Below, one piece after another: positions 1 to 9,715 of a DNA stretch of 32,000 nt (within the stretch, counting starts at the first letter, position 1; every line of letters starts with the position of its first letter). Source of the stretch: an uncultured archaeon (GTDB lineage Archaea > Asgardarchaeota > Jordiarchaeia > Jordiarchaeales > Jordiarchaeaceae); NCBI GenBank assembly GCA_964510585.1, contig CAZECW010000188.1, positions 937 to 32,936 on the forward strand, in the 5' to 3' direction. The translations under genes were made by a program, and so were the position numbers. A model generated the notes under the pieces. It saw only the letters and a list, made by a program, of their open reading frames with translations, was not told where the DNA came from and did not search any database.

Positions 1-69
1 GAGAAACTAGCAAAAGTAATCTCAGCAATGAAGAAGGAGAAGAGACTTAAGTCAAAACAAGTGAAATGA
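1..69 (+). CDS. 3' end of an upstream gene (partial, unknown product)
   Basis: Frame 1 is open from base 1 (EKLAKVISAMKKEKRLKSKQVK) to TGA at 67-69, followed by AT-rich intergenic DNA. Too short to assign. Confidence 0.35.
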   Translation, partial: EKLAKVISAMKKEKRLKSKQVK

Positions 70-304
70 AAAATAAAATTTGTATTGAAATAATTCGTTG
101 AATAGGCTCTTGTTCTCTTTGCTTTACAAAATAAGCGGTGCCTAGAACTTTCAAACACAGTGTCTATTTGGTGAGATTGTAAATCATTCTCATGCATCGA
201 ATAAAGAGGCGTATTTGCTGAATTATAGTTGTAGAAACGTTTTTATTTTTGGTTTTTTATTTGTTGTTCTGGTTTTTCTTTGGAATTGTGGGTGAGAAGG
301 AAGG

Positions 305-335
305 GTTACTCATTTTTTAGTAGCAACTCTTATAT
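305..335 (+). promoter_or_regulatory. Candidate promoter of the riboflavin operon with an imperfect palindrome
   Basis: GTTACT-N8-AGTAGC (305-324) just upstream of a TATA-like TTATAT (330-335), about 45 nt before the ribB start. Confidence 0.3.
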
Positions 336-379
336 GTGTGAGTGGATGTGTTTACATCGAAATCTAGGTGGCCTCAAAA

Positions 380-1562
<1,183 letters not shown>

Positions 1563-1582
1563 ATGTGAGGAGTGTTTATTTT

Positions 1583-1999
1583 ATGGAAGAAAAAGTGAGA
1601 CTGGGAATTGTGGTAGCAGAATTTAATTATGATATTACCTATCTGATGCTCCAAAGAGCTCTTGATCATGCTGAGTTTCTGGGCGCCACAGTGGAGAAGG
1701 TGATTAAGGTTCCTGGATCTTTTGATATGCCTCTAGCCATCAAAAGGCTTCTCCAAATGGATAATATTGATGCTGTGGTCACTATAGGCGCCATTCTTAA
1801 GGGGGACACTGACCATGATCAGGTGGTGGCTCAGCATGCGGCGCGGAAAATGATGGATCTCGCCTTAGAGTATAACAAGCCGGTGGCTCTAGGAGTATCG
1901 GGGCCGGGAATGACCAGAATGGAAGCAACGGAAAGAATTGAGGAATACGCAAAGAGAAGCGTTGAAGCTGCTGTAAAAATGGTTCGGCGTTTGAAATAG
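1583..1999 (+). CDS. ribH: 6,7-dimethyl-8-ribityllumazine synthase
   Basis: [35 protein letters not shown] and [14 protein letters not shown] 1583 follows GAGGAG; ATG 1559 is an alternative start. Confidence 0.95.
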   Translation: MEEKVRLGIVVAEFNYDITYLMLQRALDHAEFLGATVEKVIKVPGSFDMPLAIKRLLQMDNIDAVVTIGAILKGDTDHDQVVAQHAARKMMDLALEYNKPVALGVSGPGMTRMEATERIEEYAKRSVEAAVKMVRRLK

Positions 2000-2037
2000 G
2001 TAATGGTTTTGGTGGTGCCACGTAGAGGCGTACTATT

Positions 2038-2802
2038 ATGATTCAGCTAACTTTAATACAGCTTGACAATTATGGACGATTCACCGAGCTCCTAGGGGCG
2101 GATCGGGAGTCCGATTTACAGATTCTACAATCGGAGCTCTATGCGGATCTCCAAAGGATGTTTGCTCTGAGAAGAGGATTGGTTTTTTATAATCGTTTTG
2201 ATAACATGCTTGCGGTGTCTAATGGCATATCGGTCCAGGAGCATGAGATGATTTTAAGGAGTGTGACTAGAAGGTATCCGGTTTCCATTAGTATGGGCAT
2301 TGGTTCTGCTGAAACGCCTTATGAGGCTCAAGTTCTGGCAACAAAAGTTTTACAAGAGACGGGTAGCGCCCAGTCGGAGACCCGCAAAGCGATTCTGGCG
2401 CAAAAGTCTAATGATAACGGTGGTCAGGAGTATGTTCAGATCGCCCACATAGACATAAATGGCTTCACGTCGAAAGTCACGGATCGGGAATCCGCTTACC
2501 AGAGTACTTATCTTATATATTCTTCTACCTCTATTCTCATGAGAATGTTTGGGGATAAGGGAGCCCTCCTCTTTTTTAATGGGGGGGATAATTTTATTGC
2601 AGTTTGTAATGGTTTGAAGAAGTCTGACTTCAAAGAAATATTTGATAGGTTTGAGACAAGCATGAACCTGAGGCTTAAAGCAGGCATAGGCTTTGGCAAA
2701 AATGCTCTGGACGCTCTGTCAAGGGCGAATATAGGCCTCTCCTTGATTAGGAAGAAGAAGGTAAATGATGTAATATTCCTTAACGAAGAAGAGATGCTCT
2801 AA
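2038..2802 (+). CDS. gch3: GTP cyclohydrolase III
   Basis: IQLDNYGRFTELLG..RESDLQILQ, RFDNMLAVSNG, IAHIDIN and GGDNF match the archaeal GCH III family. Located in the rib operon. Confidence 0.9.
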   Translation: MIQLTLIQLDNYGRFTELLGADRESDLQILQSELYADLQRMFALRRGLVFYNRFDNMLAVSNGISVQEHEMILRSVTRRYPVSISMGIGSAETPYEAQVLATKVLQETGSAQSETRKAILAQKSNDNGGQEYVQIAHIDINGFTSKVTDRESAYQSTYLIYSSTSILMRMFGDKGALLFFNGGDNFIAVCNGLKKSDFKEIFDRFETSMNLRLKAGIGFGKNALDALSRANIGLSLIRKKKVNDVIFLNEEEML

Positions 2803-2805
2803 GCC

Positions 2806-3987
2806 ATGTCGTACGCCATCTACGCTGACTTCTGCCTAGTGGGGAAAGAACTTCAACTACTTGAAGACGTGTACATTACGATTTCAGATGAGGGCAAATT
2901 TGAGAGCGTCTCGAAGGAAGCCCCGAAGTTTAAAGTCTACTCGATTTTTGAGGACTGCCTCATACTTCCCACATTTATAAATGCGCATACCCATGTGGGG
3001 GACTCCTTCGCTAAGGAGATGGGATACCAGTATTCCGTAGAGGAAGTGGTAGAGCCGCCACGGGGACTGAAGCACAGACTTTTGGCAGAGGCTTCCGAGG
3101 AAGAGTTGACTTCTGGAATTCGTAATGCTTGCTTGGAGATGTTATCTTCTGGCACATCCACATTTGCTGATTTTAGGGAGGGAGGACTGAAGGGAATAAA
3201 TATGCTCAGCCAGGTAACAAGTAGTTTTCCAGTTAAAGCCATAAAGCTTGGAAGACCAAACCAAGGAACATTCCTAGAAGAACTGCTTCCCCATGTGGAT
3301 GGTGTAGGATTAAGCTCCACAAACATTTATAGTGACATGGAGCTGAAACAGATTTCGGAAAAATGTAAAAAGGAAAATAAACTAATTGCGGTGCACGCCT
3401 CAGAAACAGTTAAGGAGCGAGAAATTGCATTCGAGAAATGGGGTGTCTCAGACGTTAAGAGAGCCATAGATGTTTTAGGTGCAGACATCTTGGTGCACTT
3501 GACTCACATAGACGAGGAGGACATGAAACTGCTCAAGGGCAGAAGTGTTGTTTGTTGCCCGCGCGCCAACGCTTATTTTGGAGTAGGTTTTCCACCAATA
3601 GAAAATCTTGTGGAGGAGGGAGTAAGCGTTTGTCTTGGGACGGACAACGTTATGGCTAACTCCTTAGACCTTTTTAGAGAAATGGAGTTTTTAGGGAAAA
3701 CACTCCGAGGAAAATATGGTAAAAATGCATTGCACTCCAAAAAAATAATAGAAATGGTTACAGTTAACCCCGCACAATTGTTTAATCTTGATTCGGGTTG
3801 GATAGCGTCTGGGCGAAGTGCAGACTTTATTGTTTTAAATCTGGATGCTCCCAACATTAGACCAGTAAATGACATTTACCACTCTGTGGTTCACAGAGCA
3901 AATTCTGAGAACATTGAATTCGTCTATATTAAGGGAAAAAAGGTTTTCGAGAGAGATTATTTGTTAAAAAGAGGGCTGGTCTTTTGA
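2806..3987 (+). CDS. Metal-dependent amidohydrolase/deaminase (cytosine/guanine/MTA deaminase-like superfamily)
   Basis: Metal ligands NAHTH, HASE (HxxE), HLTH and LGTDN; C-terminal G.IASGRSADFIVL. The family call is firm; the substrate is inferred. Confidence 0.85.
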   Translation: MSYAIYADFCLVGKELQLLEDVYITISDEGKFESVSKEAPKFKVYSIFEDCLILPTFINAHTHVGDSFAKEMGYQYSVEEVVEPPRGLKHRLLAEASEEELTSGIRNACLEMLSSGTSTFADFREGGLKGINMLSQVTSSFPVKAIKLGRPNQGTFLEELLPHVDGVGLSSTNIYSDMELKQISEKCKKENKLIAVHASETVKEREIAFEKWGVSDVKRAIDVLGADILVHLTHIDEEDMKLLKGRSVVCCPRANAYFGVGFPPIENLVEEGVSVCLGTDNVMANSLDLFREMEFLGKTLRGKYGKNALHSKKIIEMVTVNPAQLFNLDSGWIASGRSADFIVLNLDAPNIRPVNDIYHSVVHRANSENIEFVYIKGKKVFERDYLLKRGLVF

Positions 3988-4649
3988 AAAAACCCTATGT
4001 TATTCTAAACTCCGCCATGAGTCTTGACGGAAAAATTGCAACTCGAGGAGGAGACTCCGCATTTTCAGACGAGGAAGACTGGAAGAGAGTACACAAGCTC
4101 AGATCCCAAGTGGACGCCATAATGGTGGGGATAAACACCATTCTCCTGGATGACTCCAAACTCACTTCAAAAAAGGGAAGGAGCCCCATAAGAGTGGTTG
4201 TGGACAGTAAAGCAAGAACACCCCCCAACGCCAGAGTAATCACGGTAAGACCCGAGATAGAAACCATAATCGCAATAACAAGCAGAGCCCCTCCAGAAAA
4301 AATTGCCAACCTGCAAAGAAAAGGAGCAAAAATAATAGTTTGTGGAGACGGGGAAAAGGTAGATCTAGAAATACTCATGGAGAAGCTTTACGAGCGAGGC
4401 GTTAGGAATTTACTGCTTGAAGGAGGAGGAAACTTAAACTGGGGAATGCTAAGCAAGGGACTCGTAGATGAAATCAGAATCGCAATATCTCCAGTAATAG
4501 TGGGAGGCGAAAAAGCCACAACCCTAGTGGAAGGAGAAGGATACGCCAAAGTAAGCGAAGGTGTAAAGCTAGAACAGGTCAACTGTGAACAGGTGGGCAA
4601 ATGCATAGTCCTCACGTACAAAGTTCTGAACACCAGGAGGGAGGAATAA
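3984..4649 (+). CDS. arfC: 2,5-diamino-6-(ribosylamino)-4(3H)-pyrimidinone 5'-phosphate reductase (RibD C-terminal-like, no deaminase domain)
   Basis: KPYVILNSAMSLDGKIA, RVHKLRSQVDAIMVGINTILLDD, RVVVDS and LLLEGGG. TTG start overlaps the upstream TGA. Confidence 0.9.
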   Translation: MKKPYVILNSAMSLDGKIATRGGDSAFSDEEDWKRVHKLRSQVDAIMVGINTILLDDSKLTSKKGRSPIRVVVDSKARTPPNARVITVRPEIETIIAITSRAPPEKIANLQRKGAKIIVCGDGEKVDLEILMEKLYERGVRNLLLEGGGNLNWGMLSKGLVDEIRIAISPVIVGGEKATTLVEGEGYAKVSEGVKLEQVNCEQVGKCIVLTYKVLNTRREE

Positions 4650-5312
4650 TTGAAGCACGTCATATTGCCCATTGGAAGCACAGAACAACATGGACCCCAC
4701 CTACCACTAGGCACCGACACCTATATCGCAAAAAGAATATCTGAGGCCCTAGCCACAGAGCTAAAAATTGACCTAGTGCCCACGCTGAGTTACGGGGTAT
4801 CAGGAGAACACACAGGTTTCCCCGGAACAATTGGCATCCAACCCGAAACACTGTTGAAAACAGTGGAGGACATCAGTAAAAGTCTATTAAAATGCTACCA
4901 AAAGGTCATAATTGTCAACACCCATGGAGGAAACACTCCAACACTCCAAAAATTAAAAAACGAGAAAATAATCATAGTCGACCTATTTCACGCCCTAAAA
5001 GGGATGCTGGAAAACCTGAGAGAAACAGATATGGGAGGAATCTGCCACGCATGTGAAGCGGAAACCTCCCTCATGCTATACCTCAAACCCGACCTAGTAA
5101 AAAAGGAAAAAATCACCGAGGACATAGTTAAATACGTTCCCCAACTTGACCCACAATCAGAATCACCCCTCCCAAATGGCTGGAAAACCATAAACTACTC
5201 CCAATCAGGAGTAATTGGAGACCCCACAAAAGCCACACCAGAGAAGGGAAAGAAAATATTTGACGCTCTAATCAGAAAAATGTCAGAAAAATTAGAAACT
5301 CTCCTAACTTGA
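4650..5312 (+). CDS. arfB: Creatininase-family protein, probable 2-amino-5-formylamino-6-ribosylaminopyrimidinone 5'-phosphate deformylase
   Basis: ILPIGSTEQHGPHLPLGTD, GVSGEH, VNTHGGN, HACEAETS and GVIGDP. Sits in an operon with gch3, whose product ArfB deformylates. Confidence 0.85.
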   Translation: MKHVILPIGSTEQHGPHLPLGTDTYIAKRISEALATELKIDLVPTLSYGVSGEHTGFPGTIGIQPETLLKTVEDISKSLLKCYQKVIIVNTHGGNTPTLQKLKNEKIIIVDLFHALKGMLENLRETDMGGICHACEAETSLMLYLKPDLVKKEKITEDIVKYVPQLDPQSESPLPNGWKTINYSQSGVIGDPTKATPEKGKKIFDALIRKMSEKLETLLT

Positions 5313-5386
5313 GTAAAAAAGATAGTACAGAAAGCCAAGTAGAGCTTAAAAAACCAAAAGGGGAAAATAAGGCACTCCACCTCTAT

Positions 5387-5920
5387 TTATGTGCGATATT
5401 TTGGAGTACTAAGAATCTTTTCCGCCAGTTTGTAAAAAGCCATTATCACGTTTTTACCAGTCTTGGCCGAGGACTCCAAATAATCAACCCCAATACTCCT
5501 AGCATAATCAACAGCCTTCTCCCTAGGCACCCTGCGAAAAACAGCCAAATCGTACTTATTTCCCACAAGAATCAAAGGAACCTCTTTATTCAAACTAGAC
5601 CTGATCTGTCCAAGCCAATCTCCCAAACTCTCAAAGCTTTCCTCGCTGGTAATGTCGAAAACCAGCATAGCACCGTCAGAACCCCTATAAAGAATATTCT
5701 CCCCAAAACGGAACTTCTCCTGACCCCCAATTTCAAAAATACTCAAACTAACACGCTTACCCTCAATGTCCAGCTCCCTATTCGATATGCGAGTAAAGTC
5801 CGCTCCCTTGTAACCCTCAATAAAAACCCCATGAACAAACCTACGAGTGATACTCGTTTTACCAACCCCAGTGTCACCAGCCAAAACCACTTTGAGCATT
5901 AACTCCTTACCAGACACCAC
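5387..5920 (-). CDS. Rab-like small GTPase with degenerate switch motifs
   Basis: G1 GDTGVGKTS, G4 GNKYD and G5 SSAK are intact. G2 reads YKGADF with no Thr, and G3 reads EIGGQ. No C-terminal Cys. Confidence 0.88.
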   Translation of the reverse strand: MVSGKELMLKVVLAGDTGVGKTSITRRFVHGVFIEGYKGADFTRISNRELDIEGKRVSLSIFEIGGQEKFRFGENILYRGSDGAMLVFDITSEESFESLGDWLGQIRSSLNKEVPLILVGNKYDLAVFRRVPREKAVDYARSIGVDYLESSAKTGKNVIMAFYKLAEKILSTPKYRT

Positions 5921-6113
5921 TCAAAACAACCCCTTACCGAACCTTTTTACAACCCACAACAACAAACCCCAACGAAGCAAATCCTGCATAATAAAAGTCG
6001 AATCACCAAATAAAGATTAACCACAAACTAAAGAAAGCACCCTTCACGCTTAATAAGCAGAGACGTTAAAAATATGAGGAGGGAGCAAAATGCAACAAAA
6101 ACCCTGAATAGAA

Positions 6114-6641
6114 TTAGAGACCCTTACTTTGAATAATGCTCTTAGCCAGCGCCAAAAAGGCAGCCTCTACATTATCTCCTTCCTTGGCCGAGGTCTCAAA
6201 GAATGGCGCACCCAAACTCTTCGCGTAATCTTCTCCCTCGCTCCTCTTAACCTCCCTAAGATTCTTCAAATCACACTTGTTACCAACAACCACCACCGCT
6301 GCAACATCATTTGTATTATTCATCATTTCAGTTCTCCAATTTTCAAGATTTTCTAAAGTTGTCCTACGAGTAACATCATAGACCAAAAGTGCACCAACCG
6401 CACCCAAATAGAACCCTGACCTAACATGTTTAAAGTGGGGCTGCCCAGCCAAGTCCCAAATAATAAGTTTAACAGAAGTACCCTCAACACTAAGGCTCTT
6501 GGCGAAAATATTTGTTCCTAGAGTCATTTTGTAATCTTTCTGAAATTTTCCAGTAATGAATTTTTCAATTAAGCTTGTTTTACCCACAGCTCCGTCGCCT
6601 GCCAGAATTACTTTGTACATTAGTTCTTTGGGTTTGGACAT
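6114..6641 (-). CDS. Rab-like small GTPase (canonical motifs)
   Basis: G1 GDGAVGKTS, G2 YKMTLG, G3 WDLAGQ, G4 GNKCD, G5 ETSAK. No C-terminal prenylation cysteines. Confidence 0.93.
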   Translation of the reverse strand: MSKPKELMYKVILAGDGAVGKTSLIEKFITGKFQKDYKMTLGTNIFAKSLSVEGTSVKLIIWDLAGQPHFKHVRSGFYLGAVGALLVYDVTRRTTLENLENWRTEMMNNTNDVAAVVVVGNKCDLKNLREVKRSEGEDYAKSLGAPFFETSAKEGDNVEAAFLALAKSIIQSKGL

Positions 6642-7337
6642 TTTTCAACCATCCTTATCAATGCTTTAGAAGATTGTTTGCCCCTTTAAGGCTCTCAACT
6701 TACTCACTTTTTGCTTTCCATCTTAAATTTTTGTCCCTGAGAATATAATTCCATCACAATATAATATTTATTTTTTGGGTAAAAATTACATTTTTCTCTA
6801 ATATATTTTGTGAATAAGACAGTTAGACTAGAAGCAGATAAGTAGCGGGCTGGAAGTTTTGATTGCCCCACAGAAAAAGTCACCTCCACCTAGCCAACCC
6901 AAACCAGCCAACAACTTACACCTCCACTTAATAGGATCAAGGGACAGAATGCCACTAGAAATCATATCTTTTGAGCTAATGTCTATGATCTAGGGCTTTT
7001 TAACGCCACTAAATTCCTTTAAGTATATATCCTGAAAAAGATTTTGAGCAAAAAAGTTGAGAAAACCTCCCTTTTTTGGTGAGTAGGAGTTTCCCTTGTA
7101 TCGTAACCCTTAGGAAGGGTGGATTCAAATTTATTTGTTCTTTTCGAACTGTCTCAGTAAACCATGTGTTTTACGATGACTCTTCACACCCAGCAGGCGG
7201 AATATTTAGTGTAGCTGCGCAACTGCAATTTTATTGATGGGGGTGGTTGAGGTTTTCATTTCTTTTGAAGCAAATTTTATATGATTTTGTTAATCATCGT
7301 TCTTAATCCCAAGGAATAGTTGAGGTGAAGTGATTTT

Positions 7338-7691
7338 ATGGAAGAGTTGTTGGATGAAGTTCTGGAGCATATTGGTAAGGCCAAGTCTGCTGAAGATGGC
7401 GAGGGTTTAAAGCTTGAGGCTTGGATGGCTCGAGCTAGTTTGGAGCTTTTTCTCATTAAGTTGGTTCTGCTGCATGGTTTGGAGGAGAGGGAACCGCCTT
7501 CTGGGCCTAGTGTGAAGAGGAAGGAGCAGAATAGGGATTTGAAGCTTTTGGGTTTGGCTGAGGAAAAGGTTAGGGAGGCTCAGCGGGCTTTTGTTAGTGG
7601 GGATTATTTTTTGACTTATGAATGTGTTTGGTATGCTAAGAATGCTTTAACTAAGATTGTAACTTCGGATTCTAAGGTTTCGGGTGGGTAA
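7338..7691 (+). CDS. Hypothetical alpha-helical protein
   Basis: 117-aa ORF with ATG preceded by GAGGTGA, directly upstream of DUF99. Family not recognised. Confidence 0.7.
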   Translation: MEELLDEVLEHIGKAKSAEDGEGLKLEAWMARASLELFLIKLVLLHGLEEREPPSGPSVKRKEQNRDLKLLGLAEEKVREAQRAFVSGDYFLTYECVWYAKNALTKIVTSDSKVSGG

Positions 7692-7773
7692 ACCGAGTTT
7701 TTGTGGCAGCTTCTGTGGAGTGGTGAAAGGTTTATTTTTGTTTCTTGCTTCTTTTGTTTTTGGAGTTGATTTT

Positions 7774-8343
7774 TTGAAGACTGGTGTTAGGGTTTTGGGT
7801 GTGGCAGAGAGTTTTGTTAAGGGTGCTAGTAAGCGTTCGGTTCTTGCGGGTGTGGTTATGAGGGGTGATCTTCAGATTGATGGCTTCGCCTTCTCGACAG
7901 TTACTGTGGGAGGATTGGACGCAACTGAGGGCGTGCTTAAGCTCTACCGAGTTCTTGATAGAAGTGATATTAGGTTTCTGTTTTTGAATGGTTGTATCAT
8001 TAGTTGGTTTAACATTGTGGATTTGAATCGGGTATATGGCGAGTTGAGTATCCCTTTGGTATGTATAACTTATGAGGAGTCTGCAGGGTTAGAGAAATAC
8101 TTTAAGGAGTACTTTTCGGATTGGGAGGAGAGACTGAAGATTTATAGTAGACTGGGAGATAGGGAGCCCCTTAGGCTTAATACGGGTTATGAGATTTTTG
8201 TGCGTTACTTGGGACTGAGCAGGGAGGAGGCGGTAAGGGTTTTGAACAAGTTTACTCTTCAGGGCTCTGTTCCTGAACCCTTAAAAACAGCTCGCCTGCT
8301 GTCTAGGGCGATTATAAGAAGTGGGATTGCAAATTTAGATTAG
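7774..8343 (+). CDS. DUF99 / UPF0215 family protein (endonuclease V-like fold)
   Basis: RVLGVAESF, LAGVVMRGDLQIDG, TVGGLDAT, NGCIISWFNIVDL and VPEPLKTARL. The ORF opens at GTG 7684; TTG 7774 after GGAGTTGAT fits the family N-terminus better. Confidence 0.85.
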   Translation: MKTGVRVLGVAESFVKGASKRSVLAGVVMRGDLQIDGFAFSTVTVGGLDATEGVLKLYRVLDRSDIRFLFLNGCIISWFNIVDLNRVYGELSIPLVCITYEESAGLEKYFKEYFSDWEERLKIYSRLGDREPLRLNTGYEIFVRYLGLSREEAVRVLNKFTLQGSVPEPLKTARLLSRAIIRSGIANLD

Positions 8344-8400
8344 AGCGTAATTGGGTTTATTGATTCTGAGTTTTTGCGGGTTTTTCACTTTCCCTCTCTC
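8344..8400 (+). terminator. T-tract terminator region between convergent DUF99 and longin-like genes
   Basis: Several oligo-T runs (GAGTTTTTTGCGGGTTTTTCACTTT) just after the DUF99 stop, typical of archaeal intrinsic termination. Confidence 0.3.
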
Positions 8401-8448
8401 TATTAGGACTCCACGTTTAATGCGTAATTTTTTGCTGGTTTCTGGTTA

Positions 8449-8910
8449 TTAGTTTTTCATGTTACTCCAGAGAAGGTCTTCTATGGCTTTGAAGTTTATT
8501 AAGCGATCTAGATTGTTTCCCTCAAGTATTTTTTGGATTTCACTTTCTAGGTATTCTAGTTCTTTTTTGTTGTTTTTTCCATCCTTGAATAGAGTGTCGT
8601 ATTTCTCTTGGAATTTTTTGTAGATTTTTTTGAATTTGGAAATGTCTGATGGTTCCTGTTGGGGGTCAATTACTGCTATCATTGTGAAGTTCGTGTCTTT
8701 GTGGAATATAAACCCGTTTTCGCCTATGACGAATGAGGAGAAGCCATTGTTACTCTTTTTTTCAGTAAAAACGTTAGAGAAGTCTGATAGTGCGGAGACG
8801 AAATTGGTGAGTTCCTTGATGTTTATGTCTCTCTTGGAGTTTTCTTTGATGTATAGTGGTTTTCCCTCGCTTGATAGTATGTATATGGCGTGAATCAAAA
8901 GGTTCACCAC
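8449..8910 (-). CDS. Longin-like domain protein
   Basis: N-terminal IHAIYILSSEGKPLY strand pair, helix LTNFVSALSDF, strands SSFVIGENGFIFHKDTNFTMIAVID, then helix KKIYKKFQEKY. This pattern resembles longin folds (AP-sigma/TRAPP/Asgard longins) and was recognised by eye. Confidence 0.65.
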   Translation of the reverse strand: MVNLLIHAIYILSSEGKPLYIKENSKRDINIKELTNFVSALSDFSNVFTEKKSNNGFSSFVIGENGFIFHKDTNFTMIAVIDPQQEPSDISKFKKIYKKFQEKYDTLFKDGKNNKKELEYLESEIQKILEGNNLDRLINFKAIEDLLWSNMKN

Positions 8911-9229
8911 GTTTTTGTTATCTTAATATTTTCTGTAGTATAATTACAAAATTCTTAAATAAAAGGTTTTTGGAAGCCAAAATTGTTAATATCAAAAGGA
9001 AATACGCCTATAACTGAATTTTTGGCTATATTCCGGAGGCCTACACTATGTTTATCGAGCCTATCCATCTATTGGTGTCTTCCGCAGCACTTTTCCGGAT
9101 TAGATAAGATTTGTTATTCTTTCTTACTTTTTCTACTATTTGCACCCTCGCAGTTAGTTTAGTTACCTTAATAGGAGAGGATACTGAATGTAAAAATCTT
9201 TGGAATATTGAAGGAGAGTTGTTCTTTTT

Positions 9230-9715
9230 TTATACTTTTTTGGATAGGACTACGTATTTCTCCGTGAATCCCATTCTTTGGTATAGTTTCTCTGCGGGTT
9301 TCACGCCCCTCCTTAGATTAATTAGTGCTTCTTTGCCTCCCTTTTCACGTATAAAATCAATGGCCTTTTGCAGGAGAAGCTCTCCTAAGGATATTTCTGA
9401 CTTTGGGAATCTGGCGGGTCCGATAATTACGGTGTTTCTTTCCTCAGGGGTAATGTATACGTTTTTTATAAGGCCTGATTTACCTTTGACCTCCACGAAA
9501 ACCATGCCTACTGGGATGTCTCCTCTCCTTGCTATAAACCCCGCACAATTCTCGGGTTCAAGGATGTATTTTTCGAAGGTGCTTTGCCAGCGTTCTTCGT
9601 CAAATTTTGTTTCCATGAATTCACATAGGCAAAGCATTAGCTTTGTAGCGTCATCATAATCGTACTCTGTTACCCGTTGTATTTCAATTGGAATTTCTTC
9701 AGTTGTTGACTTCAT
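9230..9715 (-). CDS. GNAT-family N-acetyltransferase
   Basis: GFIARRGDIPVGM, IKNVYITPEER..LGELLLQKAID and AEKLYQRMGF. The acetyl-CoA loop carries an insertion. Confidence 0.85.
   Translation of the reverse strand: MKSTTEEIPIEIQRVTEYDYDDATKLMLCLCEFMETKFDEERWQSTFEKYILEPENCAGFIARRGDIPVGMVFVEVKGKSGLIKNVYITPEERNTVIIGPARFPKSEISLGELLLQKAIDFIREKGGKEALINLRRGVKPAEKLYQRMGFTEKYVVLSKKV

Noticed and set aside
70-367. FMN riboswitch upstream of the rib operon
   Set aside because: No RFN-element consensus (AGGGCGGGGTGAAATTCCCGAC-like) and no GC-rich stems; the region is simply T-rich.
5309-5902. 197-aa plus-strand ORF
   Set aside because: Antisense shadow of the motif-bearing GTPase gene, favoured by the stop-poor C/A-rich strand; no recognisable family.
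9111-9659. 182-aa plus-strand ORF
   Set aside because: Antisense to the GNAT gene and has no motifs.
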